Below the pieces are notes generated by a model. That model saw only the letters and a list, made by a program, of their open reading frames with translations, did no database searches and was not told where the DNA came from. This document shows positions 1-9,142 of a stretch of 64,000 bases of DNA, piece by piece (position 1 is the first letter of the stretch; every line of letters begins with the position of its first letter). The position numbers and the translations under genes were made by a program. Source of the DNA: Hymenobacter sp. (lineage in GTDB: Bacteria; Bacteroidota; Bacteroidia; Cytophagales; Hymenobacteraceae); NCBI GenBank assembly GCA_965247135.1, contig CBDFGP010000004.1:912814-976813 (forward strand), given 5' to 3'.

Positions 1-689
1 GCTGCTGGCGCTACTGGTTGCGACGGAACACTTGGGGTGCTTGGGGCGGCGGGCGCAGCCGTTGCGGTCACGGCTGGGGCAACCACCGGGGCCACAGCCG
101 TCGGCGCGGCCACGGCGGGTTGTGGTGCAGTGGGCTTTTCGGTGGGAGCCACCGGGCTGGCTTTGGGCTGGTCGGCGGCCGGAGCTTTCGCCTCGGCGGC
201 TTTGGGCCGCACTACGCGGCCTTTGCTGTCCAGCTCAATCTTGCCCAATACTTTCAGGCCGGGCGTAGTGGTTGGGCTGCTGTCGGTGGTGGCCGGGACG
301 GCGCTGGCTACCGGAATAGCAGGCGCTACGGGCGCTACCGGGGCCACGGGCGCTGCCACCGGAGCCGGTGGGGCCACGGCGGGCACTTCGGCCACGGGAG
401 CGGCCTTGGGTACTACTGGCACCGAAGCGGGCCGGTGCGCAGCGGGCGGAGCCACAGCGGCCAAGTCGCTTTCGCGCTTGGCCTGAATGATTTTCTGGGC
501 CTCCTGCCGGTCGTGGGCCGAGGCGACAAATTCTTTTTCCAAGAGCGCCACTTGCTCGCCGGTGAGCTTGCTAGTGGGCTTATTATCAACTTGTACTCCT
601 TTTTTTGCCAGGGCCGCGACGGCCGTGTCCATTCCAATGCCCAGGTCTTTGGCCGCCTGTTGTAGCCGTTTCGGGGTTGCTTCCGCCAT
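1..689 (-). CDS. infB: Translation initiation factor IF-2, N-terminal part (runs off window start)
   Basis: Manual translation from ATG at 689: MAEATPKRLQQAAKDLGIGMDTAVAALAKKG...GLKVLGKIELD plus Ala/Pro-rich linker; directly downstream of nusA in the canonical rimP-nusA-infB order. Absent from the ORF track. Confidence 0.93.
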   Translation of the reverse strand, partial: MAEATPKRLQQAAKDLGIGMDTAVAALAKKGVQVDNKPTSKLTGEQVALLEKEFVASAHDRQEAQKIIQAKRESDLAAVAPPAAHRPASVPVVPKAAPVAEVPAVAPPAPVAAPVAPVAPVAPAIPVASAVPATTDSSPTTTPGLKVLGKIELDSKGRVVRPKAAEAKAPAADQPKASPVAPTEKPTAPQPAVAAPTAVAPVVAPAVTATAAPAAPSTPSVPSQPVAPA

Positions 690-815
690 TCTTGAGGTTA
701 CTGCGCGTAAGGTTACGCTTCTGTTTGCAAAGGTATTACATTAAATCTTGCCCGCTGGGAAAATCAAGCCAGCGGGCCTGATTTTGTTACCCCTGCCGCA
801 GCAACCGCCCGGCCA

Positions 816-2207
816 TCATTGGGCCGGCGCGGCGGATGAGCCTGCGCCCGCGTCCTCGGTGGTCGTAGTGGTGTCGATGGTTTCGGCCGTTTCGCCCTCG
901 GCGGTGCCGTCGGCGCTGGCTTCGCCGGCTCGCGCCCGCGCTTCTTCCAGCGTGGCCACGTCCACGTCGTCGGCAAATTCCTGGCGGATAATGCGGTACA
1001 CGTCGTCCACCATTTCTTCTTCCAACTCCGTGCGGCGCACGATGTCGTCTTTTTTCACGGCCAGCACCGACCGGCCCGTGTCCAGGCCGATGCGCTTGAG
1101 TTCGGCCAACACCCAGGGTTCGATTTCGTCCGAAAATTCTTCCAGCGCGATGTCTTCCTCGTAGTCAATAGCTTCCCGGAACACGTCAATCTCCATGCCT
1201 ACCAAGCGACTGGCCAGCTTGATGTTGGCCCCGCCCCGCCCAATGGCCAAGCTCACCTGGTCGGGTTTCATGAACACCGACACGCGGCCCGCTTCCTGGT
1301 TGATTTTCATCGAACCCACTTTGGCCGGCGAGAGTGCCCGCGCAATGTACAGCTCCAGGTTGTCGGTGTAGTTGATAATGTCAATGTTCTCGTTTTCCAG
1401 TTCGCGCACCACCGGGTGGATGCGGCTGCCCTTCATGCCCACGCAAGCGCCCACGGGGTCAATGCGTTCGTCGTAGCTTTCGACGGCCACTTTGGCCCGT
1501 TCGCCCGGCTCGCGCACCACGTTTTTGATGACGATGAGGCCGTCGTAAATCTCCGGCACTTCCAACTCGAACAACCGCTCCAGGAACGCGGGCGCGGCCC
1601 GACTCAGGATGATTTTTGGGGTGCCATTCAGCACTTCCACCCGATGCACCACGGCCCGCACGGTGTCGCCCTTGCGGAACCGGTCTTTCGGAATCTGCTC
1701 GCCCTTGGGCATCACGAGTTCGTTGTCGTCTTTGTCCATGATGAGGGCCTCGCGGCTCCACACTTGGTACACTTCGCCGGTCACGATTTCGCCCACCTGG
1801 TCCTTGTATTTCTGGTAGAGGTTGTCGCGCTCCAGGTCTTTCACCCGCTGAATCAGCGTTTGGCGGGCCATGAGCACGGCGCGGCGGCCGAAATCTTCTA
1901 GCTTGATGCCTTCGGGCAGGGTTTCGCCCACCTCAAAGTCCGGCTCAATCTTCTGCGCTTCAGTCAGCGTGATTTTGTCGAAGTCCCAGATGTCCTCCGA
2001 GTTGTCGTCCACAATCTCGCGGTTGCGCCAGATTTCCAGGTCGCCGTTGTCGGGGTTGATAATCACGTCGAAGTTGGAGTCTTCGTCGTACTTTTTCCGA
2101 ATCATGGTCCGAAACACGTCGTCCAAAATGGACATCATCGTGGGGCGGTCGATGTTCTTACTTTTGGCAAATTCGCCAAAAGATTCGATGAGTTCGTGGC
2201 TATTCAT
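816..2207 (-). CDS. nusA: Transcription termination/antitermination factor NusA
   Basis: S1 and KH motifs (REPGERAKVAV, DPVGACVGMKGSRI, AIGRGGANIKLAS); operon context. Confidence 0.98.
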   Translation of the reverse strand: MNSHELIESFGEFAKSKNIDRPTMMSILDDVFRTMIRKKYDEDSNFDVIINPDNGDLEIWRNREIVDDNSEDIWDFDKITLTEAQKIEPDFEVGETLPEGIKLEDFGRRAVLMARQTLIQRVKDLERDNLYQKYKDQVGEIVTGEVYQVWSREALIMDKDDNELVMPKGEQIPKDRFRKGDTVRAVVHRVEVLNGTPKIILSRAAPAFLERLFELEVPEIYDGLIVIKNVVREPGERAKVAVESYDERIDPVGACVGMKGSRIHPVVRELENENIDIINYTDNLELYIARALSPAKVGSMKINQEAGRVSVFMKPDQVSLAIGRGGANIKLASRLVGMEIDVFREAIDYEEDIALEEFSDEIEPWVLAELKRIGLDTGRSVLAVKKDDIVRRTELEEEMVDDVYRIIRQEFADDVDVATLEEARARAGEASADGTAEGETAETIDTTTTTEDAGAGSSAAPAQ

Positions 2208-2208
2208 A

Positions 2209-2391
2209 AATCACGGATTTTTTCGGATGAAGTGGATTTCACGGATTTTGGGGACGATTGCAAGGGTAAACCGGAGTGAGGACAAGGAGCTAGTCGTTTC
2301 GGGTTAAGTGCTAATGTTACAGGCGCAAAAGAAACGATACGAGCTTCCCCAAAATCCGTGAAACCCGCTTCATCCGAAAAAATCCGTGATT
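2209..2391. repeat. Fold-back element: 46-bp inverted arms (2209-2254 / 2346-2391, 44/46 identical) between rimP and nusA
   Basis: aatcacggattttttcggatgaagtggatttcacggattttgggga versus reverse complement of tccccaaaatccgtgaaacccgcttcatccgaaaaaatccgtgatt. Confidence 0.9.
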
Positions 2392-2860
2392 ATTTGAAAG
2401 AGATAACAACTTTCGCCTCGCTAATGTCCCCAAAGGAATAAGCGGCGGCGGGCAGGGTGGTTTTTTTGTTTTTGACTTTGATTTCCTCTTCGATTTCTAC
2501 GCCTTCGGCGGTGGCGGCGACAAGTTTGCCGGTTTTCTGGGTGCCGTCGGCCAGCGTCAGGTGCAGGGAGCGGCCGATGTGGCGGGCGTACTGGCGCGGG
2601 TCGGTCAGGGGCTGGTCGGCACCGGGGCTGGTCACTTCCAACGAATACTGGGCTTCTTCGCCGTAGTGTTCTTCGAGGCGGCGGTTGAGGCGGCGGCTGA
2701 CGCGGGCGCATTCGTGAATGCCGAGGCCGTTCGGCCCGTCGAGGGTAACGGTGATTTTGGGCATCACCGAATCGGACACGGCCAACTCGATGACGAACAA
2801 ATCAAGGTCTTCCAGCGAATCGTGGAGCATTTCAAGCAGCAGGGTGCGGTCGAAGGCCAT
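2390..2860 (-). CDS. rimP: Ribosome maturation factor RimP
   Basis: LDGPNGLGIHECARVSR and YSLEVTSPGADQPL motifs; upstream of nusA. Confidence 0.96.
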   Translation of the reverse strand: MAFDRTLLLEMLHDSLEDLDLFVIELAVSDSVMPKITVTLDGPNGLGIHECARVSRRLNRRLEEHYGEEAQYSLEVTSPGADQPLTDPRQYARHIGRSLHLTLADGTQKTGKLVAATAEGVEIEEEIKVKNKKTTLPAAAYSFGDISEAKVVISFK

Positions 2861-2950
2861 TGGGAAAACGGGGCAGCGGCTGGGGGCGGAACAAAAAAAG
2901 AGGGGACTGCGCGTCCCCTCTTTTTACGGATAGAATACCAAACTTCGGGG

Positions 2951-2958
2951 CAAAGATA
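2951..2958 (-). promoter_or_regulatory. Bacteroidota -7 promoter element (TATCTTTG) for the rimP-nusA-infB operon
   Basis: Exact match to TAnnTTTG consensus about 90 bp upstream of the rimP start. Confidence 0.6.
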
Positions 2959-3232
2959 CGGCGGGGGCGGGGAAAAAAGCAAGAACGGCTTGCCGCGAGG
3001 CAGTTGGAGCGGGTTGGGGTGCGGCGGCAGGTATTTTTGCAGGGAGTTGGCGCAAGGGGCACGAGGCAACTGCTTGTTTCAGAAAACCGGGCGTAATTTT
3101 CAGCCCTCAAACGCGGGGCCAGTAGTATGCGACTGCTAAAAAGTGGTGGTGCGCTGGTTGCCCCACCCAAGCGTCTGGCGCTTACGGCAGCTCACTAACG
3201 CTAATTTCCACTCTTTTCCCCCCTCCCTTTTC

Positions 3233-6200
3233 ATGTTCAAAAACTTCTTCCCCCAAACCGCCCGCTGGGGCCGGGCGCTGCTGGCGCTGGGCCTGCTGGC
3301 CGGGCCGCTGGCCGCGCTGGCCCAACCCACCGGCTACTGCGACACCGGCCTCGGCGGCGGTTGCGGTGGCAACAACGTGACGGATGTAGCGATTGCCGCT
3401 ACCACCCTGAGCAACCCCAACATCGTTTGCAACACGACGGCGGCTTTCGATGCCTACACCATCTGGCCCGCTTCGGGCAATACCACGGCCACGCTCTCGC
3501 CGGGCGTGAGCTATCAGGTAACGGTGACAACGGATGGCATATCCATTATCTCGGTATGGGGCGACTGGAACCTCAACGGCTTGTTTGAGGCCAGCGAGTG
3601 GACGCAGGTGGCGGTTGTTTCGGGGGCCAACGCGCCCACCACCGTGACCGTGCCAGTGCCTGCTACGGCCCTGGCGGGCCTGACCCGGTTCCGGGTGCGT
3701 TCGCGCAACCAGGGCAACCCGAACGGCGACATTGATGCCTGTACCTTGTTCGGGTCGGGCGAAACCGAGGACTATGTAATCACCATTGGGCCGCCGCCGG
3801 CTTGCGCTCCGCCCATCAACCTGGGGGTGAGCAACGTGACCACCACCGCGGCCACGCTCACCTTCAGCGGGGCCAGCAACGGCACGGCCGTGGGCTACGT
3901 GGTGCAGTACGGCATTCAGGGTTTTGTGCCGGGCGGCGCGGGCAGCAATACCGTGAACACGACCAACACCTCGGTGCCGCTGACGGGCCTGACCAACAGC
4001 ACGAACTACGAATTTTACGTGACCAAAAACTGCGGCGGCGGCATGAGCAGCATCCGCAACGGGCCGTTCCGGTTTCGGACGGCCTGCGTGGCCCCGGTCT
4101 ATGCGACGCTGCCGGTGCTGGTGGACTTTGAGAACGCCTGGGTCAATGCCTGCGGCACCCGCGACGTGCCCAGCAGCAGTTGGCTGAACACGCCCATCAC
4201 GGGGAATTTGTCGTGGCGGCGCGACGACGACGGGGCCGCGGCCAACTGGACCAATCCCACGTTCGGGGCGTTCACGGTGAACGGTGCCCAGGGCCGCCAC
4301 GCGGCCCGGTTTCATGACTACAGCGCCAGCACCAACGCGGGCCTGACGGGCACCCTCGATTTGTACGTGGACCTGAGCGGCACCGGGGCCAAGGTGTTGC
4401 AATTTGACTACATCAACCCCACCGGCACCGATTCGCTGCTGGTGCAATTCTCGACCGACGGCGGCAACACTTTTGGCCGGCCGTTGCTGCGGCGGGGGGT
4501 GGGTGCCGCGTTCGGCCAGCAGTCGGTGAGCCTGCCCGCCACGACTTCGGCCACGTGCGTGGTGCGGTTTCGGGCCGTGACCGACTTTTTTGGCAGCACC
4601 GACATCGGGCTGGACAACGTGCGGCTGGCGGCGCTGGTGGGGGTGCCCGGCTGCGTGACCAACGCCGTGCCCGCCAACGGGGCCACCAGCATTCTGCGCC
4701 CCGTGACGCTGACCTGGCAGCCCACCACGGGCGTGGCCACCGGCTACGATGTATCCTTCGGCACGAGTGCCACCACGTTGGCCCTGGTGAGCAGCAACCA
4801 GCCCGGCACCAGCTACACCGTCACGGCCAGCCTGGCGGGCAACACCATCTACTACTACCAGGTGGTGCCCCGCAACAGCAACGGCCCGGCCACGGGCTGC
4901 TCGGTGCTGAGCTTCACGACCAGCAACGTGCTGACGTATTGCACCACCGGCCTGGGAGGGGTCTGCGGCACGGCCGACATCACGGATGTGGTCATTGCCG
5001 GCACCACCCTCAACAACCCCAACACGGTGTGCAACACCAGCCCAGGGGGCGATGTGTACACCAGTTGGCCCGCTTCGGGCAGCACCACCGCCACCCTCAC
5101 GCCCGGCAATGCCTACCAGGTGAGCGTGACGACGAATGGAACGGGCATCATCTCGGTGTGGGGCGACTGGAATCAGAACGGGCAACTGGAAGTGAGCGAA
5201 TGGACGCAGATTGCCACGGCCTCGACCACCGGCCAGCCCGCTACCATGACCGTGAACGTGCCCGCCAATGCCCTCTCGGGCCAGACCCTGTTGCGGGTGC
5301 GCTCGCGCTCGAGTGGCAACCCGAATGCGGCCCCCGATGCTTGTAGCCCGTTCGGGTCGGGCGAAACCGAAGACTACGTGGTGGACCTCGGTCCGCCCCC
5401 GGCCTGCGCCCCGCCCGTCAACCTGGCCATTGCCAACCTGGCCCCGACTGCGGCCACGTTCTCCTTTAGCGGCAACACCAACGGCGCGGCCACCGGCTAC
5501 GTGGTGCAGTACGGCGTGACGGGCTTCGTGCCCGGCGGCACGGGCAGCACCACCGTGAACACCACGGCCACCACCGTGCCGCTGCCCGCCCTGACACCGG
5601 GCACCACCTACCAGGTGTACGTGACCAAAAGCTGCGGCCCCGGCATGAGCAGCACCGCCAACGGGCCGTTCACGTTCACCACGCCCATCGTGAACGACGA
5701 GCCGTGCACGGCCACCGCCCTGCCCATCAACAACACCTGCCAGCCCACCAACGGCACCCTGATTAGCGCCACGGCCACCCCCAACACCGTGTTTGCCGGG
5801 GGCAACGGCGGCACCGGCTGCGGCTTCAACACCGGCGGCCCGCCCGATGTGTGGTACCAGTTCACGACCGCCGCCACCGGCCCCGCCAGCACGGCGGTGC
5901 GCATCAGCGTGACGGGCAACGCGGCCAGCGTGGTGCGGGCCTACCGGGGCGCGGCCTGCGCCGGGCCGCTCACGTTCCTGAGCTGCGCGGGCACGGCCAG
6001 CGCCACCGCCGCGCCCAACCTCGACCTGACCAGCCTGACCCCCGGCACCACTTACTACGTGCGGGTGCATACCTACAATTCCTTCGACCAGCCGGGGGCC
6101 TTCACCATCTGCGCCACGCCGGTGCCCAACTGCCCGGCCCCGGCGGCCCTCACGGCGGGCACCCTCACCAGCACCACCGCCCAACTGAGCTGGGCCGGTG

Positions 6201-7096
6201 CGCCCGCCGCCGGCAGCACCTTCACGGTTTTCTACGGCCCCACGGGCTTCGTGCCCGGCAGCGGGGGCACCAGCGTCACGGGCATTGCGGGCACCAGCAC
6301 CACCCTCACGGGCCTGGCCCCCACCACCACCTACCAGGTGTACGTGCAGCAAATCTGCGGCGGTTTCAACGGCAGCAGCACCCTGGTGGGGCCAATCAGC
6401 CTCACCACCCCCATCACCATCCCCAGCAACGACGAACCCTGCGGGGCCACGCCCCTGACGGGTGCCACGGCCCTGACCAGCACCAACCTGGGTGCCACCA
6501 CCAGCCTGCTGCCGGGCATCAACCTGCCCGCCTGCGCCCCCTCGCAGGCCCCGAAGGACGTGTGGTTCACCTTCACCACCACCGGCAATTCCATCTCGCT
6601 GACCGTGGCCGGGCCAGCCGCCGGCATGGTGCGCCTCTTTACGCTCACCAACTGCACCACCGGGCCGCTGGTGCCGGTGGGGTGCCGCGCCGCCGCTGCC
6701 GCCAACACCGGCTTCGCGGCCCCGCTGCTGTTCACGGGCCTCACGCCCGGCCAGCAGTACTACATCGCCGTGAGCGGCTTCGGCAGCGCCGACCCCGGCG
6801 GCACCTTCAGCCTGACCGCCACCAGTGTGCTGGCCACCCGGCCCGCCGCTGCGGCCACGGCCCTGCTCGTGCACCCCAACCCCAGCGCCGACGGCCACCT
6901 CACCCTGCGCCTGCCCAGCGGCGCGGCGGCCCAGGCCACGCTCGTCAATGCCCTGGGCCAGGCCGTGCGCGGCTGGACCCTGGCGGCCGGCGGCCAGGCC
7001 CAAGCTGTGAGCACCCAGGGCCTGGCCGCCGGCGTGTACACGCTGCGGGTGCAAGCCAACGGCGAATGGCTGACCCGGAAAGTGGTGCTGGAATAA
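3233..7096 (+). CDS. T9SS-secreted surface protein with two GEVED domains, several FN3-like domains and a type A C-terminal sorting domain
   Basis: Signal peptide after ATG 3233 (MFKNFF...ALA-Q); GSGETEDY motif twice; CAPP(I/V)NL FN3 starts; C-terminus HPNPS...GLAAGVYTLRV...RKVVLE. Confidence 0.9.
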   Translation: MFKNFFPQTARWGRALLALGLLAGPLAALAQPTGYCDTGLGGGCGGNNVTDVAIAATTLSNPNIVCNTTAAFDAYTIWPASGNTTATLSPGVSYQVTVTTDGISIISVWGDWNLNGLFEASEWTQVAVVSGANAPTTVTVPVPATALAGLTRFRVRSRNQGNPNGDIDACTLFGSGETEDYVITIGPPPACAPPINLGVSNVTTTAATLTFSGASNGTAVGYVVQYGIQGFVPGGAGSNTVNTTNTSVPLTGLTNSTNYEFYVTKNCGGGMSSIRNGPFRFRTACVAPVYATLPVLVDFENAWVNACGTRDVPSSSWLNTPITGNLSWRRDDDGAAANWTNPTFGAFTVNGAQGRHAARFHDYSASTNAGLTGTLDLYVDLSGTGAKVLQFDYINPTGTDSLLVQFSTDGGNTFGRPLLRRGVGAAFGQQSVSLPATTSATCVVRFRAVTDFFGSTDIGLDNVRLAALVGVPGCVTNAVPANGATSILRPVTLTWQPTTGVATGYDVSFGTSATTLALVSSNQPGTSYTVTASLAGNTIYYYQVVPRNSNGPATGCSVLSFTTSNVLTYCTTGLGGVCGTADITDVVIAGTTLNNPNTVCNTSPGGDVYTSWPASGSTTATLTPGNAYQVSVTTNGTGIISVWGDWNQNGQLEVSEWTQIATASTTGQPATMTVNVPANALSGQTLLRVRSRSSGNPNAAPDACSPFGSGETEDYVVDLGPPPACAPPVNLAIANLAPTAATFSFSGNTNGAATGYVVQYGVTGFVPGGTGSTTVNTTATTVPLPALTPGTTYQVYVTKSCGPGMSSTANGPFTFTTPIVNDEPCTATALPINNTCQPTNGTLISATATPNTVFAGGNGGTGCGFNTGGPPDVWYQFTTAATGPASTAVRISVTGNAASVVRAYRGAACAGPLTFLSCAGTASATAAPNLDLTSLTPGTTYYVRVHTYNSFDQPGAFTICATPVPNCPAPAALTAGTLTSTTAQLSWAGAPAAGSTFTVFYGPTGFVPGSGGTSVTGIAGTSTTLTGLAPTTTYQVYVQQICGGFNGSSTLVGPISLTTPITIPSNDEPCGATPLTGATALTSTNLGATTSLLPGINLPACAPSQAPKDVWFTFTTTGNSISLTVAGPAAGMVRLFTLTNCTTGPLVPVGCRAAAAANTGFAAPLLFTGLTPGQQYYIAVSGFGSADPGGTFSLTATSVLATRPAAAATALLVHPNPSADGHLTLRLPSGAAAQATLVNALGQAVRGWTLAAGGQAQAVSTQGLAAGVYTLRVQANGEWLTRKVVLE

Positions 7097-7114
7097 GCCC
7101 CGCTGCTTGGTACT

Positions 7115-7152
7115 AAAAAGAGCGCCGTCCCGGTTGGGGCGGCGCTCTTTTT
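7115..7152. terminator. Intrinsic terminator, probably bidirectional
   Basis: aaaaagagcgccgtccc-ggtt-ggggcggcgctcttttt directly after the T9SS gene stop. Confidence 0.85.
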
Positions 7153-7164
7153 GTGGGGGTTGAA

Positions 7165-7280
7165 CGGCGTGGTGCCACGAATTCCGCGAAGCGGTTCGTG
7201 GCACCACTAATCTTTGCCCGGTTACTGTTCAACGAGTAGTGGTACCACGAACCCCTTCGGGGAATTCGTGGCACCACGCC
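7165..7280. repeat. Inverted doublet of REP-like hairpins (GTGGTGCCACGAA...TTCGTGGCACCAC)
   Basis: Hairpin 7168-7208 and a near reverse-complement copy at 7237-7278. Confidence 0.8.
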
Positions 7281-7979
7281 CTAATACCCTTCCTTCTGAA
7301 ACCCAAACTCGCGCAGTACGCTCTTGTAGGTGTCGGGGTAGTTGGCTTTGATGAGGTTGATGAGGGCCTTGAGCACTTTCCGCAACGGTTTTTCCTGCAC
7401 GTTTTTCTTGCCCACTTCGCCCGATGCTTCGCCTTCGGTTTTGCGGCGCTGGGCCACCAGGGTTTTGTATTCGGCTTCGATGGGGGTCCAGTAGGCTTTG
7501 CCGTATTTGCGGTCGTTGTAGCCGTGGGCATCGAGGGCGGCCAGTAGCTTGGTGAGGGACTTGGCGCGGGGCTTGCGGCCGCTGGGCAGGCGGTGGTTGC
7601 GGCCTTCGGTCACGATGCCGAACTCGTCGTAATAGGCTTCGTCGGCGTCGCCTTCGTGGTCTTCGGCCAGGTAGGCCCGCACGAAGTTCAACGACTTTTC
7701 AATCATTTTGTCCAGCTCGCGCAGGCGGTTGGCCACGGGGCTGCGGTCGTTGTCGGCCGCGTCGCTGGTGTCGAGGCTGTCGTAGTAGGTTTGCGCCTGG
7801 GTCAGGAACGCGGCTTTGGTTTTCCAGAGCAAGTCGCCCAGCGCCGAGGTTTTCCAGAATTTCGCCACGTCCAGGCCCAGGGTGGCCAACTCCAGCTGCC
7901 CAAAGGGCAGGTTGGGGGTGTAGGTGGTGTCGTTGTTCGGCTGGTTGGCGGCCGAATCGCCGGAGTTGGTGGGCGACAT
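7281..7979 (-). CDS. Hypothetical, predominantly alpha-helical cytoplasmic protein (232 aa)
   Basis: Clean ORF with host-like codon usage, amphipathic helical pattern, no signal peptide, no recognised motif. Confidence 0.8.
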   Translation of the reverse strand: MSPTNSGDSAANQPNNDTTYTPNLPFGQLELATLGLDVAKFWKTSALGDLLWKTKAAFLTQAQTYYDSLDTSDAADNDRSPVANRLRELDKMIEKSLNFVRAYLAEDHEGDADEAYYDEFGIVTEGRNHRLPSGRKPRAKSLTKLLAALDAHGYNDRKYGKAYWTPIEAEYKTLVAQRRKTEGEASGEVGKKNVQEKPLRKVLKALINLIKANYPDTYKSVLREFGFQKEGY

Positions 7980-8055
7980 AAAGGAGTGAATTGGGGGTGA
8001 GGGGATTAATTTCCCGAAATATCGGCAGCATTTTCACAATTCCAATGCTGCCATT

Positions 8056-8231
8056 GTCCCGCAGGGCATTTCGGGTTCCAAGTAAGGCTCCGGGAATGTC
8101 CCGGAGGGCATCTCCGGTTCCGATACGGGGTCCGGGACATTCCCGCAGGGCATCTCGGGTTCCAAGATGCCCTCCGGGACATTCCCGGAGGGCATCTTGG
8201 TTCCGAGGAGGGGTCCGGGACAGTCCCGGAG
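8056..8231. repeat. Tandem array, about 4.2 copies of a 42-bp unit with a variable 9-nt core
   Basis: Units start at 8056, 8098, 8140, 8182 and 8223; consensus tcccg(c/g)agggcatct..ggttcc-N9-tccgggac. Confidence 0.9.
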
Positions 8232-8260
8232 TAAGGAAATCCCACAACGGCTGCACAGAA

Positions 8261-9142
8261 TTAGGAAAGCAGTTCAGCCAGTTGGTCTTTTTCAGTCCAT
8301 TTAACCAAGCTGTTGGCGTGCGTTCCTAAAATATCATACTGCACCCGATACCCCCCTAGTCTGCTGCCCGCACTAGTGTCGTCGATGAATCCTACTAACT
8401 TGCCTAGTGCTGACTTTTGACTGCCGTAGATTTTATGAGCAGCCTGAAAATTCATGTCAGTTCTGTTGAGGCTGTTGACAAAATGCTCTCGGTTTGAGCC
8501 GGTGATGTAGTTTATCAAATGAATGTGTCGGCTGGTACGTACCACGGCACTGAACTGAATGCTGCTACCTCGCATCACCTTTTGTTTGAAATCAACTTTG
8601 TCGGCGAAAGCATCTCTAAGGTAATGGTTAGCCTCTTGGGTAAATAGCCGCACTTGGGTAGGTTCTTCAGGTTCCTCATACAGCGAAGCTGATAAGTTCA
8701 CGGCTTGGGTAATGAACGAACTTACATCATGTATTAGGGAAGCAACCATATGGGCCTCCGTCGTTCGTTTGTAGTAGAAGGTATTACCTGAAGAATCCTC
8801 GGTTTGCTTGATATTATAGTGCTTTTGCACAAATGCGAAAGCCCGGCTGAAACACTGTGAATCCAAGTAAATTTCGTCACTCAGGTACTCATTGTTTGAC
8901 ACAAGCCCCCCATCAGTTACTACAAATCCATTTTCGCGTTTGGTTAGAAACACGGCTACAAATTTGTTCGTCACAGTGCTGTGGCAAGTAGTGATTTCCA
9001 ATGTTTGTCCGCGTTCGCGAAAACGCCAAAGTGACCGATATTCGCCTACTGTTTCTTCGAATACCGTAGACAATTCGTTAAGCAAAGTATCGAACATGGG
9101 AATTGGGGTCGGTCTGTGGGGGAAGGGAAGGAAACAATTCAT
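8261..9142 (-). CDS. AT-rich hypothetical protein resembling DUF1828/DUF1829-type proteins (likely start MFDTLL at 9097)
   Basis: N-terminal EITT...VAVFL...GFVVTDGG pattern and C-terminal G-S-x-x-F-x-x-V pattern recalled from that family; GC clearly below the flanks. Confidence 0.55.
   Translation of the reverse strand: MNCFLPFPHRPTPIPMFDTLLNELSTVFEETVGEYRSLWRFRERGQTLEITTCHSTVTNKFVAVFLTKRENGFVVTDGGLVSNNEYLSDEIYLDSQCFSRAFAFVQKHYNIKQTEDSSGNTFYYKRTTEAHMVASLIHDVSSFITQAVNLSASLYEEPEEPTQVRLFTQEANHYLRDAFADKVDFKQKVMRGSSIQFSAVVRTSRHIHLINYITGSNREHFVNSLNRTDMNFQAAHKIYGSQKSALGKLVGFIDDTSAGSRLGGYRVQYDILGTHANSLVKWTEKDQLAELLS

Noticed and set aside
3182-7207. 1341-aa minus-strand ORF (likewise 44807-48355, 51589-54171, 33154-34485 and many similar)
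   Set aside because: Antisense shadows of real high-GC genes; Gly/Arg/His-rich with no motifs
8056-8231. CRISPR array
   Set aside because: Variable part is only about 9 nt, repeats are degenerate and alternate, and no cas gene is present; reported as an unexplained array instead
7699-8256. ORFs running through the 42-bp array (7699-8256, 8006-8245, 7991-8329)
   Set aside because: One unit is 41 bp so the repeat frame is not preserved, and two of them overlap a better gene; no coding evidence
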